Shown here: positions 53,334 through 63,610 of the stretch, one piece after another
Layout: each line of letters opens with the position of its first letter
Numbering within the stretch: the first letter of the stretch is position 1
IMG/VR virus record: IMGVR_UViG_3300026320_000001
Span: 32,001 to 96,000 of that record
Length of the DNA stretch: 64,000 nucleotides
Strand: one strand, 5' to 3'
Origin: a virus
The notes under the pieces: model-generated
Seen by the model: the letters and a program-made list of their open reading frames with translations, nothing else
Told to the model about the DNA's origin: nothing
The model's database searches: none
Translations under genes and position numbers: made by a program

Positions 53334-54953
53334 ATGGGATTTGCAGATGATATAATGAAATTGAGATATTCTTGGGATAAAAAAGATGGAACAAAAGAAG
53401 AATGGCCTGATATAGCCAAAAGAGTAGTTAAAAATGTTTTCTCTTCAGTTGAATTTGAAAATAAAAAAGAAATTTCTGATAGAATTATACAATTAATTTC
53501 TGAAAGAAAATTTATTCCGGGTGGCAGATTTCTTGCACAATCAGGAAGAGATTATCATCAGGTGAATAATTGTTTTTTATTAAAAGTTGAAGATACAAGA
53601 GAATCTTGGGGTGATTTGGCAAATAAAGCTACAATAATGTTAATGTCCGGCGGTGGATTAGGTGTGGATTATTCTGAACTTAGACCTAAAGATACTCCAT
53701 TAAAAAGAAGTGGGGGTGTCTCTTCAGGAGTTATTCCTTTGATGAAAATGATAAATGAAATTGGCAGAGGAGTTATGTCTGGTGGAAAACGAAGAAGTGC
53801 AATTTGGGCTGGACTTAGATGGAATCATGGAGATATATTTGATTTCGTAAATATTAAAAATTGGTCTGAAGATATTAAAAAATTGAAACAAAAAGATTTT
53901 GATTTTCCAGCACCTATGGATATGACTAATATATCTGTTATATTAGATAAAGATTTTTTTGATGCTTATGAAAATAAAGAAAACGAAAAACATAAACATG
54001 CACAAAATGTTTATTGGCAAGTAATAGAAAATATGACTAAATCTGGAGAACCCGGCTTTAGTATTGATTATGAAAATAAAAAAGAATCTTTAAGAAATGC
54101 ATGCACTGAAATTGTATCGGAAGAAGATTCGGATGTATGTTGTTTAGGTTCTATAAATTTATCTCAAATAAAAGATATAAATGAATTAAAAGAAGTTACT
54201 GAGTTGGGACAATTATTTTTGATTGTTGGAACTGAATATTCTGATGTTCCACATCCAAAAGTAAAAGAAATACAAAAAAGATTAAGAAGAACTGGATTAG
54301 GATTGATGGGGTTTCATGAATGGTTAATTCGTAGAAATTATAAATACGAACCAAATGAAGAATTGGGAGAATGGTTATCTGTTTGGGAAAAAGAATCTAA
54401 TAAATCAGCTAAAAAATGGTCAAAAATATTAGGTTTTAATGAACCGATTAAAAAACGTGCCATTGCACCAAATGGAACTATTTCAATTGCCGGAGGACAA
54501 ACAACATCTGGCATAGAGCCTATTTTTAGCGTAGCATATCAAAGAAGATATTTGACCCCTGATGGATGGAAAAAACAATATGTCGTTGATTTTGTAGCAG
54601 AAAAATTACATGAAGAAGGATATGATGTCTCACAAATTGAAGATGCATATTCATTAAGTTTAAATGTTGAAAAAAGAATATCATTTCAAGCATTTGTTCA
54701 AAAATATGTTGATAATTCAATTTCATCCACGATAAATATGCCAGCTTATGAAACATTGGGAAATAATGATTATAAAAAATTTGGTAAAATATTAATGAAA
54801 TATTTGCCTCAACTAAGAGGGATAACCGTATATCCCGATGGAAGTAGGGGCGGGCAACCATTAACTCCTGTTTCATTTGATTTTGCTATATCAAAAAAGA
54901 ACGTTGTTTTTGAAGGAAGTGAAGAATGTGCAGATGGTATTTGTGGTGTATAA
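53334..54953 (+). CDS. nrdJ: Ribonucleotide reductase, probably class II (B12-dependent)
   Basis: PGGR, NNC, GGG.G, NACTEI, CCLGSIN, APNGT and C-terminal C....C; no beta-subunit gene nearby. Confidence 0.8.
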   Translation: MGFADDIMKLRYSWDKKDGTKEEWPDIAKRVVKNVFSSVEFENKKEISDRIIQLISERKFIPGGRFLAQSGRDYHQVNNCFLLKVEDTRESWGDLANKATIMLMSGGGLGVDYSELRPKDTPLKRSGGVSSGVIPLMKMINEIGRGVMSGGKRRSAIWAGLRWNHGDIFDFVNIKNWSEDIKKLKQKDFDFPAPMDMTNISVILDKDFFDAYENKENEKHKHAQNVYWQVIENMTKSGEPGFSIDYENKKESLRNACTEIVSEEDSDVCCLGSINLSQIKDINELKEVTELGQLFLIVGTEYSDVPHPKVKEIQKRLRRTGLGLMGFHEWLIRRNYKYEPNEELGEWLSVWEKESNKSAKKWSKILGFNEPIKKRAIAPNGTISIAGGQTTSGIEPIFSVAYQRRYLTPDGWKKQYVVDFVAEKLHEEGYDVSQIEDAYSLSLNVEKRISFQAFVQKYVDNSISSTINMPAYETLGNNDYKKFGKILMKYLPQLRGITVYPDGSRGGQPLTPVSFDFAISKKNVVFEGSEECADGICGV

Positions 54954-54989
54954 TATAATTGATAGAATCAAAATTTTATAAATAGTAAA

Positions 54990-55021
54990 AAAAATACCCT
55001 AGAATTTTCTAGGGTATTTTT
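54990..55021. terminator. Bidirectional terminator between convergent gene blocks
   Basis: aaaaataccctaga/tctagggtattttt. Confidence 0.85.
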
Positions 55022-55023
55022 AT

Positions 55024-55845
55024 TTAAAACATTATGAAAAATGATGATGCAAGTAACGTAGGAGCAACAAAAGTACCATTTGAAGTAAATGAATGAATAG
55101 TTTTTCCTCCAGAATGTGTAATTGTTCCTCCGGTTCCATCAACTACACCAGCAGAAGTATAGGATAAAACGCAAATTCCTGAGCCACCATTACCTCCATT
55201 ACTTGCGCCAGCACCACCACCACCGCCGCCGCCAGTATTTGCTGTTCCATTACTTCCTGCTCCTGATGATGCTCCATTTCCGCCTCCACCGGTTCCTCCT
55301 GTTCCACCAGTTCCACCATTTATTCCTCCGCCACCACCGCCAGCATATGTAACCGATGCTCCTGTTATTGATGATGCAAGCCCGGCTCCACCGTTACCTC
55401 CCACACTTGTTGTTCCATTATTTCCTACTGCATTTTTTCCACCACCACCACCAGTTCCAAAGTTTGCAGATGTAACGCCAGTACCACCACTTGAACCTTG
55501 TCCACCTGTACCTGCACCAGCGGTTCCACTAAATCCAGCACCACCGCCAGAACCTCCAGTACGTCCCGGATATTTACTTGTATCAGCACCAGACGCAGTT
55601 CCACCACCACCACCTTTTGTTGATGTATGGCTATTCCATGTCGAGTCATTTCCATCTGTTCCTTGTGTTGCCGTTCCTCCAGTTGCACCAGCACCTCCAC
55701 CTCCAACAACAACGGGTAGAGATGCTGAAGTAGCAACGGCATCTGTTCCGGTAATCATTCCACCGGCACCACCGCCACCTCCAATAATATTTGCTCCACC
55801 ACCTCCACCAGCCACAAGTAAATAATCTATATTTATGTTTGCCAT
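55024..55845 (-). CDS. Glycine-rich virion/tail-associated protein
   Basis: YLLVAGGGGG...GGGGAGG...NTGGGGGG...GGSG...IH.FTS.GTF pattern. Confidence 0.7.
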   Translation of the reverse strand: MANINIDYLLVAGGGGGANIIGGGGGAGGMITGTDAVATSASLPVVVGGGGAGATGGTATQGTDGNDSTWNSHTSTKGGGGGTASGADTSKYPGRTGGSGGGAGFSGTAGAGTGGQGSSGGTGVTSANFGTGGGGGKNAVGNNGTTSVGGNGGAGLASSITGASVTYAGGGGGGINGGTGGTGGTGGGGNGASSGAGSNGTANTGGGGGGGAGASNGGNGGSGICVLSYTSAGVVDGTGGTITHSGGKTIHSFTSNGTFVAPTLLASSFFIMF

Positions 55846-57597
55846 TTAAGCCTCTTGTGCCGATGCAACCAAGTCCCACTTTGTATCTGTTGAATTATAG
55901 ATAAATCCAAGATATAAAGTTTTACTTATTACAGTTGTTGTTGGCAATGCCGTTCCCATAGCCCTATAGATTGCATTAAAAGCTAAGGCTCTAGCTGTAG
56001 CATTATCTTTTATACGAATAGTTAATTTATATCCTTGTTTTGGACTTCCTCCGGGAATACCAAAAGTAGGTGCGGTAGCAAGAGCGGTAACAGTAAATAA
56101 TAAATTATTAATTGCCGCTGTTGGAGTCGGGGTTGAACTTGAAGTAATTGTTTCTGTAGGAATATCTATACTTGGTAATCCACCACTGTAATATAAATTT
56201 GTTCCATCAGAAATAAATTCCAATACAGTTACAGAACTGGCAACTAAATTAACTTGAGGAACATTGATAAATACAGCGTTCCATGTTGGATTTCTTCCTC
56301 CAGTTCCATCCTGTGTTAAAACAAGCGTGTATATGCCACCAACTTTCAAATTTGTTGGAGCGGCAAATGTTCTGCTTCCACCAAATGTAACTGTAGCATA
56401 ACTTCCACTATTTGTATCCCAAGATATTGTTGCACCATCGGTAAGTGCAAACGATGTTTGAGCAGGATTTGTAAGTGTTTTATTTGTTAAAATATCGGTC
56501 GTTGCTTTTCCAACTAAAGTATCAGTTGCATCTGGCAATGTCAATGTTCTATCATTTGTATGAGATGAAAGTATTGTCATTGTTTTTCCGGTAGTTGCAC
56601 CACCTAGAGATGTTTTTAATGCTTTTGTTACATCAGAAACATTTCCAAAATAAGATGTTGAATCTGACAATATTTTATTTGTTAAAGTATCTGTTGTTGT
56701 TTTTCCAATTAAAGTATCTGTTATATCTGGCAATGTCAAGCTTCTATCGTTTGTATGAGAAGAAACAATAGTCATTGTTTTTGCTGTTGTTGAACCGCCT
56801 AAAGATGTTTTTAATATTTTTGTAGCATCAGAAACATTAACAAAATATGATGTTGAATCAGAAAATAATTTATTTGTTAAAGTAGATGCTACCGCATCAT
56901 AATAAGTTTTTATGGTTGCTTTTAAATTTGCCCATGTTAATTTTTTAAGGACATTTGATGCCGCACTATCCACCAATGGAATTTCATCAGCATCTACGGG
57001 AGTTGCTTTTGTTGTTGCGGCATGAGTGGTATCTGCAAGCATTCCTGCTTGTGTGGTTGTTCCTAATAATGTATTATCAGAATTGACCGTAACAAGATTT
57101 CCTGAAGTACCAACTATATTTATTTGGTCTGCACTATTTGCTGACACCCATAACCATCTAGTCCCATCAAATATAAATAAATATTCTCTTCCAATTGTTA
57201 AATCTGAACCAGTTAAATTTATAGCAGTGCCAGAACTATTATTTTTCATTACGGATTTAATTCCCAATGAATTTATATTTAAAGTTACAGTTCCACTAGA
57301 TGTAGTATCTAAAGTTAATATTATTGTCATACCAGTTACATAAGATGTTATCGCTGTTATACCTGTAACGGCATAAAAATTTGCAGATTGAAACAATGCT
57401 GTTACTGGAATAGAACCCCTTGTAGATTGCAAGCTTGTAATTTGTGCGGCTTGGACACCATATGCAGTATCTATTTTATAAAAATTGCTTGTTGATGATG
57501 GGCCATCAATAACAGCCCTCCAAGTTGCAAAAGTTGCCGCTTGGTCGCCAGTTGAATCATATAAGACTAATCCTAAATTCGGAGTTGTAGTAGTCAT
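55846..57597 (-). CDS. Tail fibre-like protein
   Basis: TTPNLGL N-terminus, Thr-rich, LTNK repeats, tail-module context. Confidence 0.7.
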   Translation of the reverse strand: MTTTTPNLGLVLYDSTGDQAATFATWRAVIDGPSSTSNFYKIDTAYGVQAAQITSLQSTRGSIPVTALFQSANFYAVTGITAITSYVTGMTIILTLDTTSSGTVTLNINSLGIKSVMKNNSSGTAINLTGSDLTIGREYLFIFDGTRWLWVSANSADQINIVGTSGNLVTVNSDNTLLGTTTQAGMLADTTHAATTKATPVDADEIPLVDSAASNVLKKLTWANLKATIKTYYDAVASTLTNKLFSDSTSYFVNVSDATKILKTSLGGSTTAKTMTIVSSHTNDRSLTLPDITDTLIGKTTTDTLTNKILSDSTSYFGNVSDVTKALKTSLGGATTGKTMTILSSHTNDRTLTLPDATDTLVGKATTDILTNKTLTNPAQTSFALTDGATISWDTNSGSYATVTFGGSRTFAAPTNLKVGGIYTLVLTQDGTGGRNPTWNAVFINVPQVNLVASSVTVLEFISDGTNLYYSGGLPSIDIPTETITSSSTPTPTAAINNLLFTVTALATAPTFGIPGGSPKQGYKLTIRIKDNATARALAFNAIYRAMGTALPTTTVISKTLYLGFIYNSTDTKWDLVASAQEA

Positions 57598-57615
57598 TAT
57601 TTTTTTCCTTTCTGA

Positions 57616-58101
57616 TTACGTTAATGTGTAATCCATAGTTCCTAAAGTTTGTGTATCTAATGTCCCTAATGTTTGAGGGTCAAAATCTCCCAATAAATTA
57701 AAAATAGCATAAATTGCTGTTGCAGTTACATGAATTTTTCCTTCATTTATTATTGTAATTATTTTTTGTTTAGCACGAGAAATAAATATAATATCTATTT
57801 GACTGTTTATAATAACTACAAATTTCATTATTTGTTTCATTGAATAGTTTATTTTAATATATTTAGCATTAATTGTTTGTGTAATTTTTGTTATCAATTT
57901 TACAATTGAAACTAATAATTTAATTTTTTTTACATTTATTGTAGCACTTGCTTTACTTAATATTGTGGCAACAAATAAAATATCTAATTGTTGTATAATT
58001 CTAAAAATAAGTGTTGTAGCAAATTGAAATCCAGATATGAATAAAGAAAAAGTTTTATTTTTTCTATTTATTAATTTAAAAGATTTTTTATTTATATTCA
58101 T
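57616..58101 (-). CDS. Hypothetical tail-module protein
   Basis: Co-oriented; L.D.D..TL..LD C-terminus. Confidence 0.45.
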   Translation of the reverse strand: MNINKKSFKLINRKNKTFSLFISGFQFATTLIFRIIQQLDILFVATILSKASATINVKKIKLLVSIVKLITKITQTINAKYIKINYSMKQIMKFVVIINSQIDIIFISRAKQKIITIINEGKIHVTATAIYAIFNLLGDFDPQTLGTLDTQTLGTMDYTLT

Positions 58102-58118
58102 AACGAATAATTCCTATA

Positions 58119-58526
58119 TTAAGAATTGTTCATTTGAACAGTAATAGCACCAATAGCAAATAAAACTGTTGTTGCAGATGCAACGGCTCTTGATGGTGTC
58201 AATACGTCAAAAAACCAAATATTTCCTGATGTCAATGCATCAGAAATAAATACATAAGTTATAGTTCCCCATGATGCCGTACTTTCTGCAAATGTTACTG
58301 CCGCTGAATTTGTTAAAATTCCATTTGATGCTGTTCCCCAATTTGTTTTATCATTTACCAGTGCAACTCTGGCATAAGAACCACCAGAAGGTTCAGTTGC
58401 TCCCGTACCATCAATAGCAATAGCTGTTGTTGATAATCCAAAATACATTGTTCCGGGTGGAGTATATGCAACCGAACCAAAATTTCTATCTATAATTTTA
58501 TTTGCGCTAAAATATGTAATCGCCAT
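58119..58526 (-). CDS. Phage tail-associated protein
   Basis: Y.GLST...E.SGGSYARV...N...F...T..WGTIT...D..T.GN motif. Confidence 0.7.
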   Translation of the reverse strand: MAITYFSANKIIDRNFGSVAYTPPGTMYFGLSTTAIAIDGTGATEPSGGSYARVALVNDKTNWGTASNGILTNSAAVTFAESTASWGTITYVFISDALTSGNIWFFDVLTPSRAVASATTVLFAIGAITVQMNNS

Positions 58527-58527
58527 T

Positions 58528-59451
58528 TTATTTTTTCTCCTTTTTTATTCCATTTGGAAAATTTAATTTTCTTGATAAATCATTCTGAATAACATAATTA
58601 TCATATGATATTGCAGAATCTATTTCATTTTTAAAATATCCCAAACATATTCTTTTATTTTTTATTGTTATTCTAGTTCTCCATAAATTACAACGAGTAT
58701 CAAAAATAACACCAATATAAATACTCGATTGTCTTGAAATATGTTCTTGTTCTAATTTATCAATTATTTTTTGATTTTTTTTAATTTCTTTTTTCGTTAT
58801 TTTATTTAATTTTGATTTATCATATCCATAATATTTTATTAATCCATCATTATATGCTAAAGCCGCAGAAATTTCAGTTTTATGATAGCCGAGAGAATGT
58901 TTTATTTTTAAATACATTATTTCTGCGTGCCATGAATTATTAAATCTATCCCAATAAACACCGACATATTTACTTGATGTATTTGAGTGTTTAGAACCTA
59001 AACTTGAAATAACCCTAGAATCTTTTTCTTTTTGAGATTGTTTTCTTCCCTTCGTATTGGTATTACCCATCATTGCAATGGACATTTTTTTGTTTCTCTC
59101 TTTTGTATGTCTTCTTCCAAGCATCGGAGCTATTCCACCCGGAGAAATATTATATCCATTTGGTTTTTGAGATTTTAATTTTTTTATCAAATGAATCTCT
59201 CTTATGTGTAATTTTTCCACTTTGCAGAATTCTAAAACACCAATTTCAAAATTTTCTTCACCATATTTATTCCAAGAATTTTGTAATATTAGACAATCAT
59301 CATCATTTTTCCTCAATTCTCTGAGATGTCCCATTATTCTATTCCTCAAATCTTTAGCTTGACCAATATATAATTTTTCATTTATTATGTTTTTAAAATA
59401 ATATATTCCAGACTTGCCTTCTAAATCTTCAAATAAATTTATCTTTTTCAT
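58528..59451 (-). CDS. GIY-YIG homing endonuclease with two AP2 domains
   Basis: SGIY...LYIG, GYN..GG; SKYVGV...AALAYN and SIYIGV...SAISYD. Confidence 0.88.
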   Translation of the reverse strand: MKKINLFEDLEGKSGIYYFKNIINEKLYIGQAKDLRNRIMGHLRELRKNDDDCLILQNSWNKYGEENFEIGVLEFCKVEKLHIREIHLIKKLKSQKPNGYNISPGGIAPMLGRRHTKERNKKMSIAMMGNTNTKGRKQSQKEKDSRVISSLGSKHSNTSSKYVGVYWDRFNNSWHAEIMYLKIKHSLGYHKTEISAALAYNDGLIKYYGYDKSKLNKITKKEIKKNQKIIDKLEQEHISRQSSIYIGVIFDTRCNLWRTRITIKNKRICLGYFKNEIDSAISYDNYVIQNDLSRKLNFPNGIKKEKK

Positions 59452-59457
59452 TTTGTT

Positions 59458-59814
59458 TTATGTTAATTCTATGCGGGGAAGAATGAGGCAGATTCCCTGT
59501 GCTGGACGATACTCACTTCCACCAAAACTTGTGATGATAGGTTGTTGAATATATTTTCCAAAAAATGTTTCTGTATTTGTAGCCGATAATTCAATTTTAA
59601 ATTTATTAGTAGCCGTTATTGTTCCAACAATATGTAGAACAGTAAAATCTGGTTGTCCATAAGGACATAAAACCCAATCTACTGTTGCTCCACCTAAATC
59701 TAAAGGAGTAACACCATCTTCTTCAAAAACTTCAAATTCAAGAGTATAAGTATTTCCAGCAATAAATGAAAATTCTTCGAGTGAATTTAAGGTTTTAAAA
59801 CTTATAAAAGACAT
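59458..59814 (-). CDS. BppU N-terminal-like baseplate protein
   Basis: G.T..L.F.V...G.PLDL.GATV...L....T pattern. Confidence 0.5.
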   Translation of the reverse strand: MSFISFKTLNSLEEFSFIAGNTYTLEFEVFEEDGVTPLDLGGATVDWVLCPYGQPDFTVLHIVGTITATNKFKIELSATNTETFFGKYIQQPIITSFGGSEYRPAQGICLILPRIELT

Positions 59815-60041
59815 TTAATTTTCCTCCTTTTTTTCTTCAGGTTTATTTTCTTCAATATTTTCAACAACAATCAAATTATCAAATATATTTTTTAATGCAA
59901 CTTTAGATAAAAAAATATGTTCTACTCCATTCCCTTTTACCTCTATTTCTGATAAATTGTTATTTATTTTTATTATTATTTCTTTTATTTCTATCTCGCT
60001 CTTATATTGAAACATACTATATTTTCCTTTTAAAAATTTAT

Positions 60042-62738
60042 TTAAGCTGTATATTGAACTAAAATTCCATTATCAAATCTCATAAATCTATTTCCAGCCG
60101 GAGTAGTTACATTGACTGTTTGATTTAAGCCTCTTCCAGAAACAAAACCATCGGGAGAATAAGTATATAATTTTCCTTCAATATTTATATGTGCAGAAGA
60201 TGGAACATTAAATATGATACCAAATTCAGAATGCATATTTATTCCACCACTATCTTGTAACATAAAATTAGCTCCTGAATTTGATGAAATTTCTATTTCT
60301 AATGGAGCCGCTATTGAAATAAAACCAGAAGTACCAGATGTAACACTAACTCCTCCGGGCCATTGTAAAGCAACTCCTGTTGGTGCAACTCCTGTTGATA
60401 TTTTTTGAAATGGTATGTTGGTCAATTGAGAATAATCAACAAGACCTAATAATTTTACTGCCTGAATATTTCCAGTAAAAGTTCCAGATGCTCCAGATAT
60501 ATTTCCACTAAAAGTTCCAGTAGCGGCACTCAATGCGCCTGCAAATGTTCCTGTTGCCGCAGATAAACTCCCTGCAAATGTTCCTGTTGCCGCAGATAGA
60601 GAACCGCTAAAAGTTCCAGTAGCGGCACTTAAAATACCAGCAAAATTTACATTACCAACATTATCAACCCAAAATTTATCAACAAAAGTTCCGCCTTGAT
60701 TTTTTTGAATATTCAAAACTTTGATTGCTGTTGGGTCAATAAATATTTTAGTATTTGTTGAAGTTAAAGTAAATTTAGCATTAGTTAATGTTGCACCTGT
60801 TTGGTCTAATACAAAATTATTTCCACCATTAGAAATTCTTAAAGAATTACCGGCAAGAATATTTCCGACGATAACACCACCAACAACACCATATGCTGTT
60901 CCACCGCCGGGAACAGATACCTCTCCAAGTGCTAATTTTGATGTTAAAAATCCATCATCTGAAAATGCTAAAACATTATTTACAAGCCATGCTTGTTTTA
61001 GACTATAAGTACCACCACTATAATTTCTTGCTCTTAATCCATTTTCATTAATAAGAATTTCTTGATTTGAATTGCTTATTAAATTATTTGTTGTTGTATT
61101 TAAATCAGATGTAATAAAATTTGTTACATCATCTTTATAATTATTACTCCAATTACTCCAATTATAATTATCAAAACTTACAGCAGAACCAGTTTTAACA
61201 ACATTTCCTACTAAGTCAGAATACATAAATCCACTTCCGTCAATTCTAACTCTATTACTAAATAGCATAGAAAAATTAATTGGGTCATTAAAACCAAATG
61301 TAATTTTTAATAACACTGTTTCTATAAAAACATCTGTTTCTATTTCAGCAATTACGGTTGCACCAACTTCTGTTTGAGTCGTAAAAACAGAGAATTCTTC
61401 CAATGCAATATAATTTGCTGAATTCATAGAAATTTCATATCTTGGTTGAGAAACTCTTGCCAATACTGTTATAGCTTGGTCATATAATGCTTGTTCAGCA
61501 TGTTGAATTTCTACTAAGGTCATAGAATCAGTTTGAATTATATTTTCATTTTTATATGTGTTTTCATATATGAAATTATTCAATTCTAATAATTGTGATG
61601 GACTAAAATTTGTTGAAAAACTAACCTGATTATTTATTGTAACTATACTAGTTGTTGTTGAATTTATTTGAGTTTGTTTATTTGTAATTAAAATTTGTTG
61701 TGCTGTTATTTGAGATTGTTTTGCGACCATTAGGGCGACAATATCAGAATAGGGGAGTCCCTGTTGTATTCTTACTTTTTGAACGCCCTCCAATGCTAAC
61801 AATTCAGAATTCAAAGTATCTAAAGTACCATTTAAAACTATTAATTCTGAATTATAAGTTATTAATAAAGTCAATAAATTAGCATAACTCAACTGAAGAG
61901 AATCAATTAAATTATTCCAATTATTAACTGCTGTTACAAGACTGGAACTCATCCAATTAGAATTTGTATAATAAGAAAAATCATATATCTTATCTGTTCC
62001 TAAAGGATTTACTGCACGTATATTTAAAACACCTCCACCATAAACAGATAGACATGTGGTTATTTCATCACTTTTTTCAGAAAATGTTGCATCTTTTATT
62101 ATGTTATCAAAACTTAAAAATATATCAGTTTGTATTGTTGCATTTTCTATTGTTTTTGCTGAAATAGTTTTATTATCAGTATCAAAAAAGAAAACACATT
62201 CAAATGCTTTACACACATCTACCATTAAAAAATTATAAATGTTTGTATCTGAAACATTGAATGTTCTAAATTTAACCATTAATTCTGTATCAATATTTCC
62301 AATAGACCATGTTGGTGCAAGCTTAATCATATCATCAAGAAGTGTTCCAGCAGGACTAACAATGTTATATAAAGCAACTGTTCCACCATAGGCAACCAAT
62401 CTTTTTGAAATTAAATCTGCTTCTAAAGAATTGCATGTTACTTTTTTTATTGGAATTGAACCATTCAAATCTTCTTCAGAATCAATAATTAAAAAATATC
62501 CATATCCTTCAATTCTAACAAGTCTTTTGTTTTGAATATAATCATATGCTTCTATGTTTGTTGTTCCACCATCTATACTTTTAGGAAAATCAAATTTGAA
62601 TTCACTAAGAGAATTAAAATTTAAATTTATTTCTGTATTATATGCAAGACCCAATGAATATAATTCCGATTTATCCGGGTTGCACAGAAGGATAAAAGGT
62701 ATTTCAGGTTGACCAAAGAAATCAAATTGGACATCCAT
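60042..62738 (-). CDS. Tail-associated (Tal/hub-spike) protein
   Basis: Follows Dit; hub domain, coiled coil, SKLALG...G..G...G and GTFxGxLSAAT repeats. Confidence 0.75.
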   Translation of the reverse strand: MDVQFDFFGQPEIPFILLCNPDKSELYSLGLAYNTEINLNFNSLSEFKFDFPKSIDGGTTNIEAYDYIQNKRLVRIEGYGYFLIIDSEEDLNGSIPIKKVTCNSLEADLISKRLVAYGGTVALYNIVSPAGTLLDDMIKLAPTWSIGNIDTELMVKFRTFNVSDTNIYNFLMVDVCKAFECVFFFDTDNKTISAKTIENATIQTDIFLSFDNIIKDATFSEKSDEITTCLSVYGGGVLNIRAVNPLGTDKIYDFSYYTNSNWMSSSLVTAVNNWNNLIDSLQLSYANLLTLLITYNSELIVLNGTLDTLNSELLALEGVQKVRIQQGLPYSDIVALMVAKQSQITAQQILITNKQTQINSTTTSIVTINNQVSFSTNFSPSQLLELNNFIYENTYKNENIIQTDSMTLVEIQHAEQALYDQAITVLARVSQPRYEISMNSANYIALEEFSVFTTQTEVGATVIAEIETDVFIETVLLKITFGFNDPINFSMLFSNRVRIDGSGFMYSDLVGNVVKTGSAVSFDNYNWSNWSNNYKDDVTNFITSDLNTTTNNLISNSNQEILINENGLRARNYSGGTYSLKQAWLVNNVLAFSDDGFLTSKLALGEVSVPGGGTAYGVVGGVIVGNILAGNSLRISNGGNNFVLDQTGATLTNAKFTLTSTNTKIFIDPTAIKVLNIQKNQGGTFVDKFWVDNVGNVNFAGILSAATGTFSGSLSAATGTFAGSLSAATGTFAGALSAATGTFSGNISGASGTFTGNIQAVKLLGLVDYSQLTNIPFQKISTGVAPTGVALQWPGGVSVTSGTSGFISIAAPLEIEISSNSGANFMLQDSGGINMHSEFGIIFNVPSSAHINIEGKLYTYSPDGFVSGRGLNQTVNVTTPAGNRFMRFDNGILVQYTA

Positions 62739-62756
62739 ATTATTTAACCTCCTTTT

Positions 62757-63554
62757 TTACCCACCAATTTTTTTGGCGATTGTTTGAGTTGTCATAGAAA
62801 ATTGTGCGATATTTCCTTGTATTCTTAATCTATTAACTCCCGGAACTAATCTCAAAAAATGTTTATTGAATTTTGATAATCTTTTCAATCCAGTTGAAGA
62901 AGATATTGTTTGTAAACTATTATCTATAGTAATTACTTCATTAGCAGAAAGGGCGGTAAAAGTAAACATTCTATTATTATCATCAAGATTTGTTATATTT
63001 ATATTTCCACCAAAAGAATTACAAGTAAGAATATTGGATGGATATAAATAAGAACCTATATCATCTGAAATATTATTAAAAGTAATTGTAGCATCAACAA
63101 CAGGAACAACATAATTATACACAACAGTTTTTGGAAAATTAAAAGCAAATGGAGCATTACAATTAACTGTAAATTTTACTCCTGTTAATAAATTACCAAT
63201 TCTAACAATTTTTGGGTCATTTAATATTGCGTCAAAATAAACTAATTGCATATCATCTTCATCAATTTGAAGACGTTGATATGTTCTACTAGAAAAAAAG
63301 ACTTTTTGAATTAATTGAAAAAAATCAGCATCAATTTCTTCGTTACTAAAAGCTGTCATTTCAAAAGATAAAACTGGAGATGGAGTTGCACCATAAAAAA
63401 ATGGTGTTGCCCGTCTATATAATTTTTGATTTAATATTTCCATTGAACTTGAACCCATTGATTCATTAACTGCTTGTGCATCTATATTGGAAATTCTTAG
63501 TCCATATAATTCCGAAGGAATCCCCCCGTAGAGGAAAGAGCTACCATAAAACAT
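62757..63554 (-). CDS. Distal tail protein (Dit)
   Basis: F.YGG..S..YGL, C.APFA, YP and FLRLVPG.N; lies between TMP and Tal. Confidence 0.8.
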   Translation of the reverse strand: MFYGSSFLYGGIPSELYGLRISNIDAQAVNESMGSSSMEILNQKLYRRATPFFYGATPSPVLSFEMTAFSNEEIDADFFQLIQKVFFSSRTYQRLQIDEDDMQLVYFDAILNDPKIVRIGNLLTGVKFTVNCNAPFAFNFPKTVVYNYVVPVVDATITFNNISDDIGSYLYPSNILTCNSFGGNINITNLDDNNRMFTFTALSANEVITIDNSLQTISSSTGLKRLSKFNKHFLRLVPGVNRLRIQGNIAQFSMTTQTIAKKIGG

Positions 63555-63610
63555 ATTTTCTCCTTTCTATATATAAACCCTTATTTATTATAATAAGGGT
63601 TTATAATTAA

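Noticed and set aside
948-54876. Short - strand ORFs within the + strand block, and + strand ORFs within the tail block
   Set aside because: They are antisense shadows of well-supported genes.
40310-54953. Inteins or group I introns in dnaE or nrdJ
   Set aside because: Both ORFs are uninterrupted and of ordinary or compact length, with no intein splice motifs seen.
55024-62738. Diversity-generating retroelement targeting tail fibres
   Set aside because: I saw no reverse transcriptase and no TR/VR pair with adenine-specific mismatches in the window.
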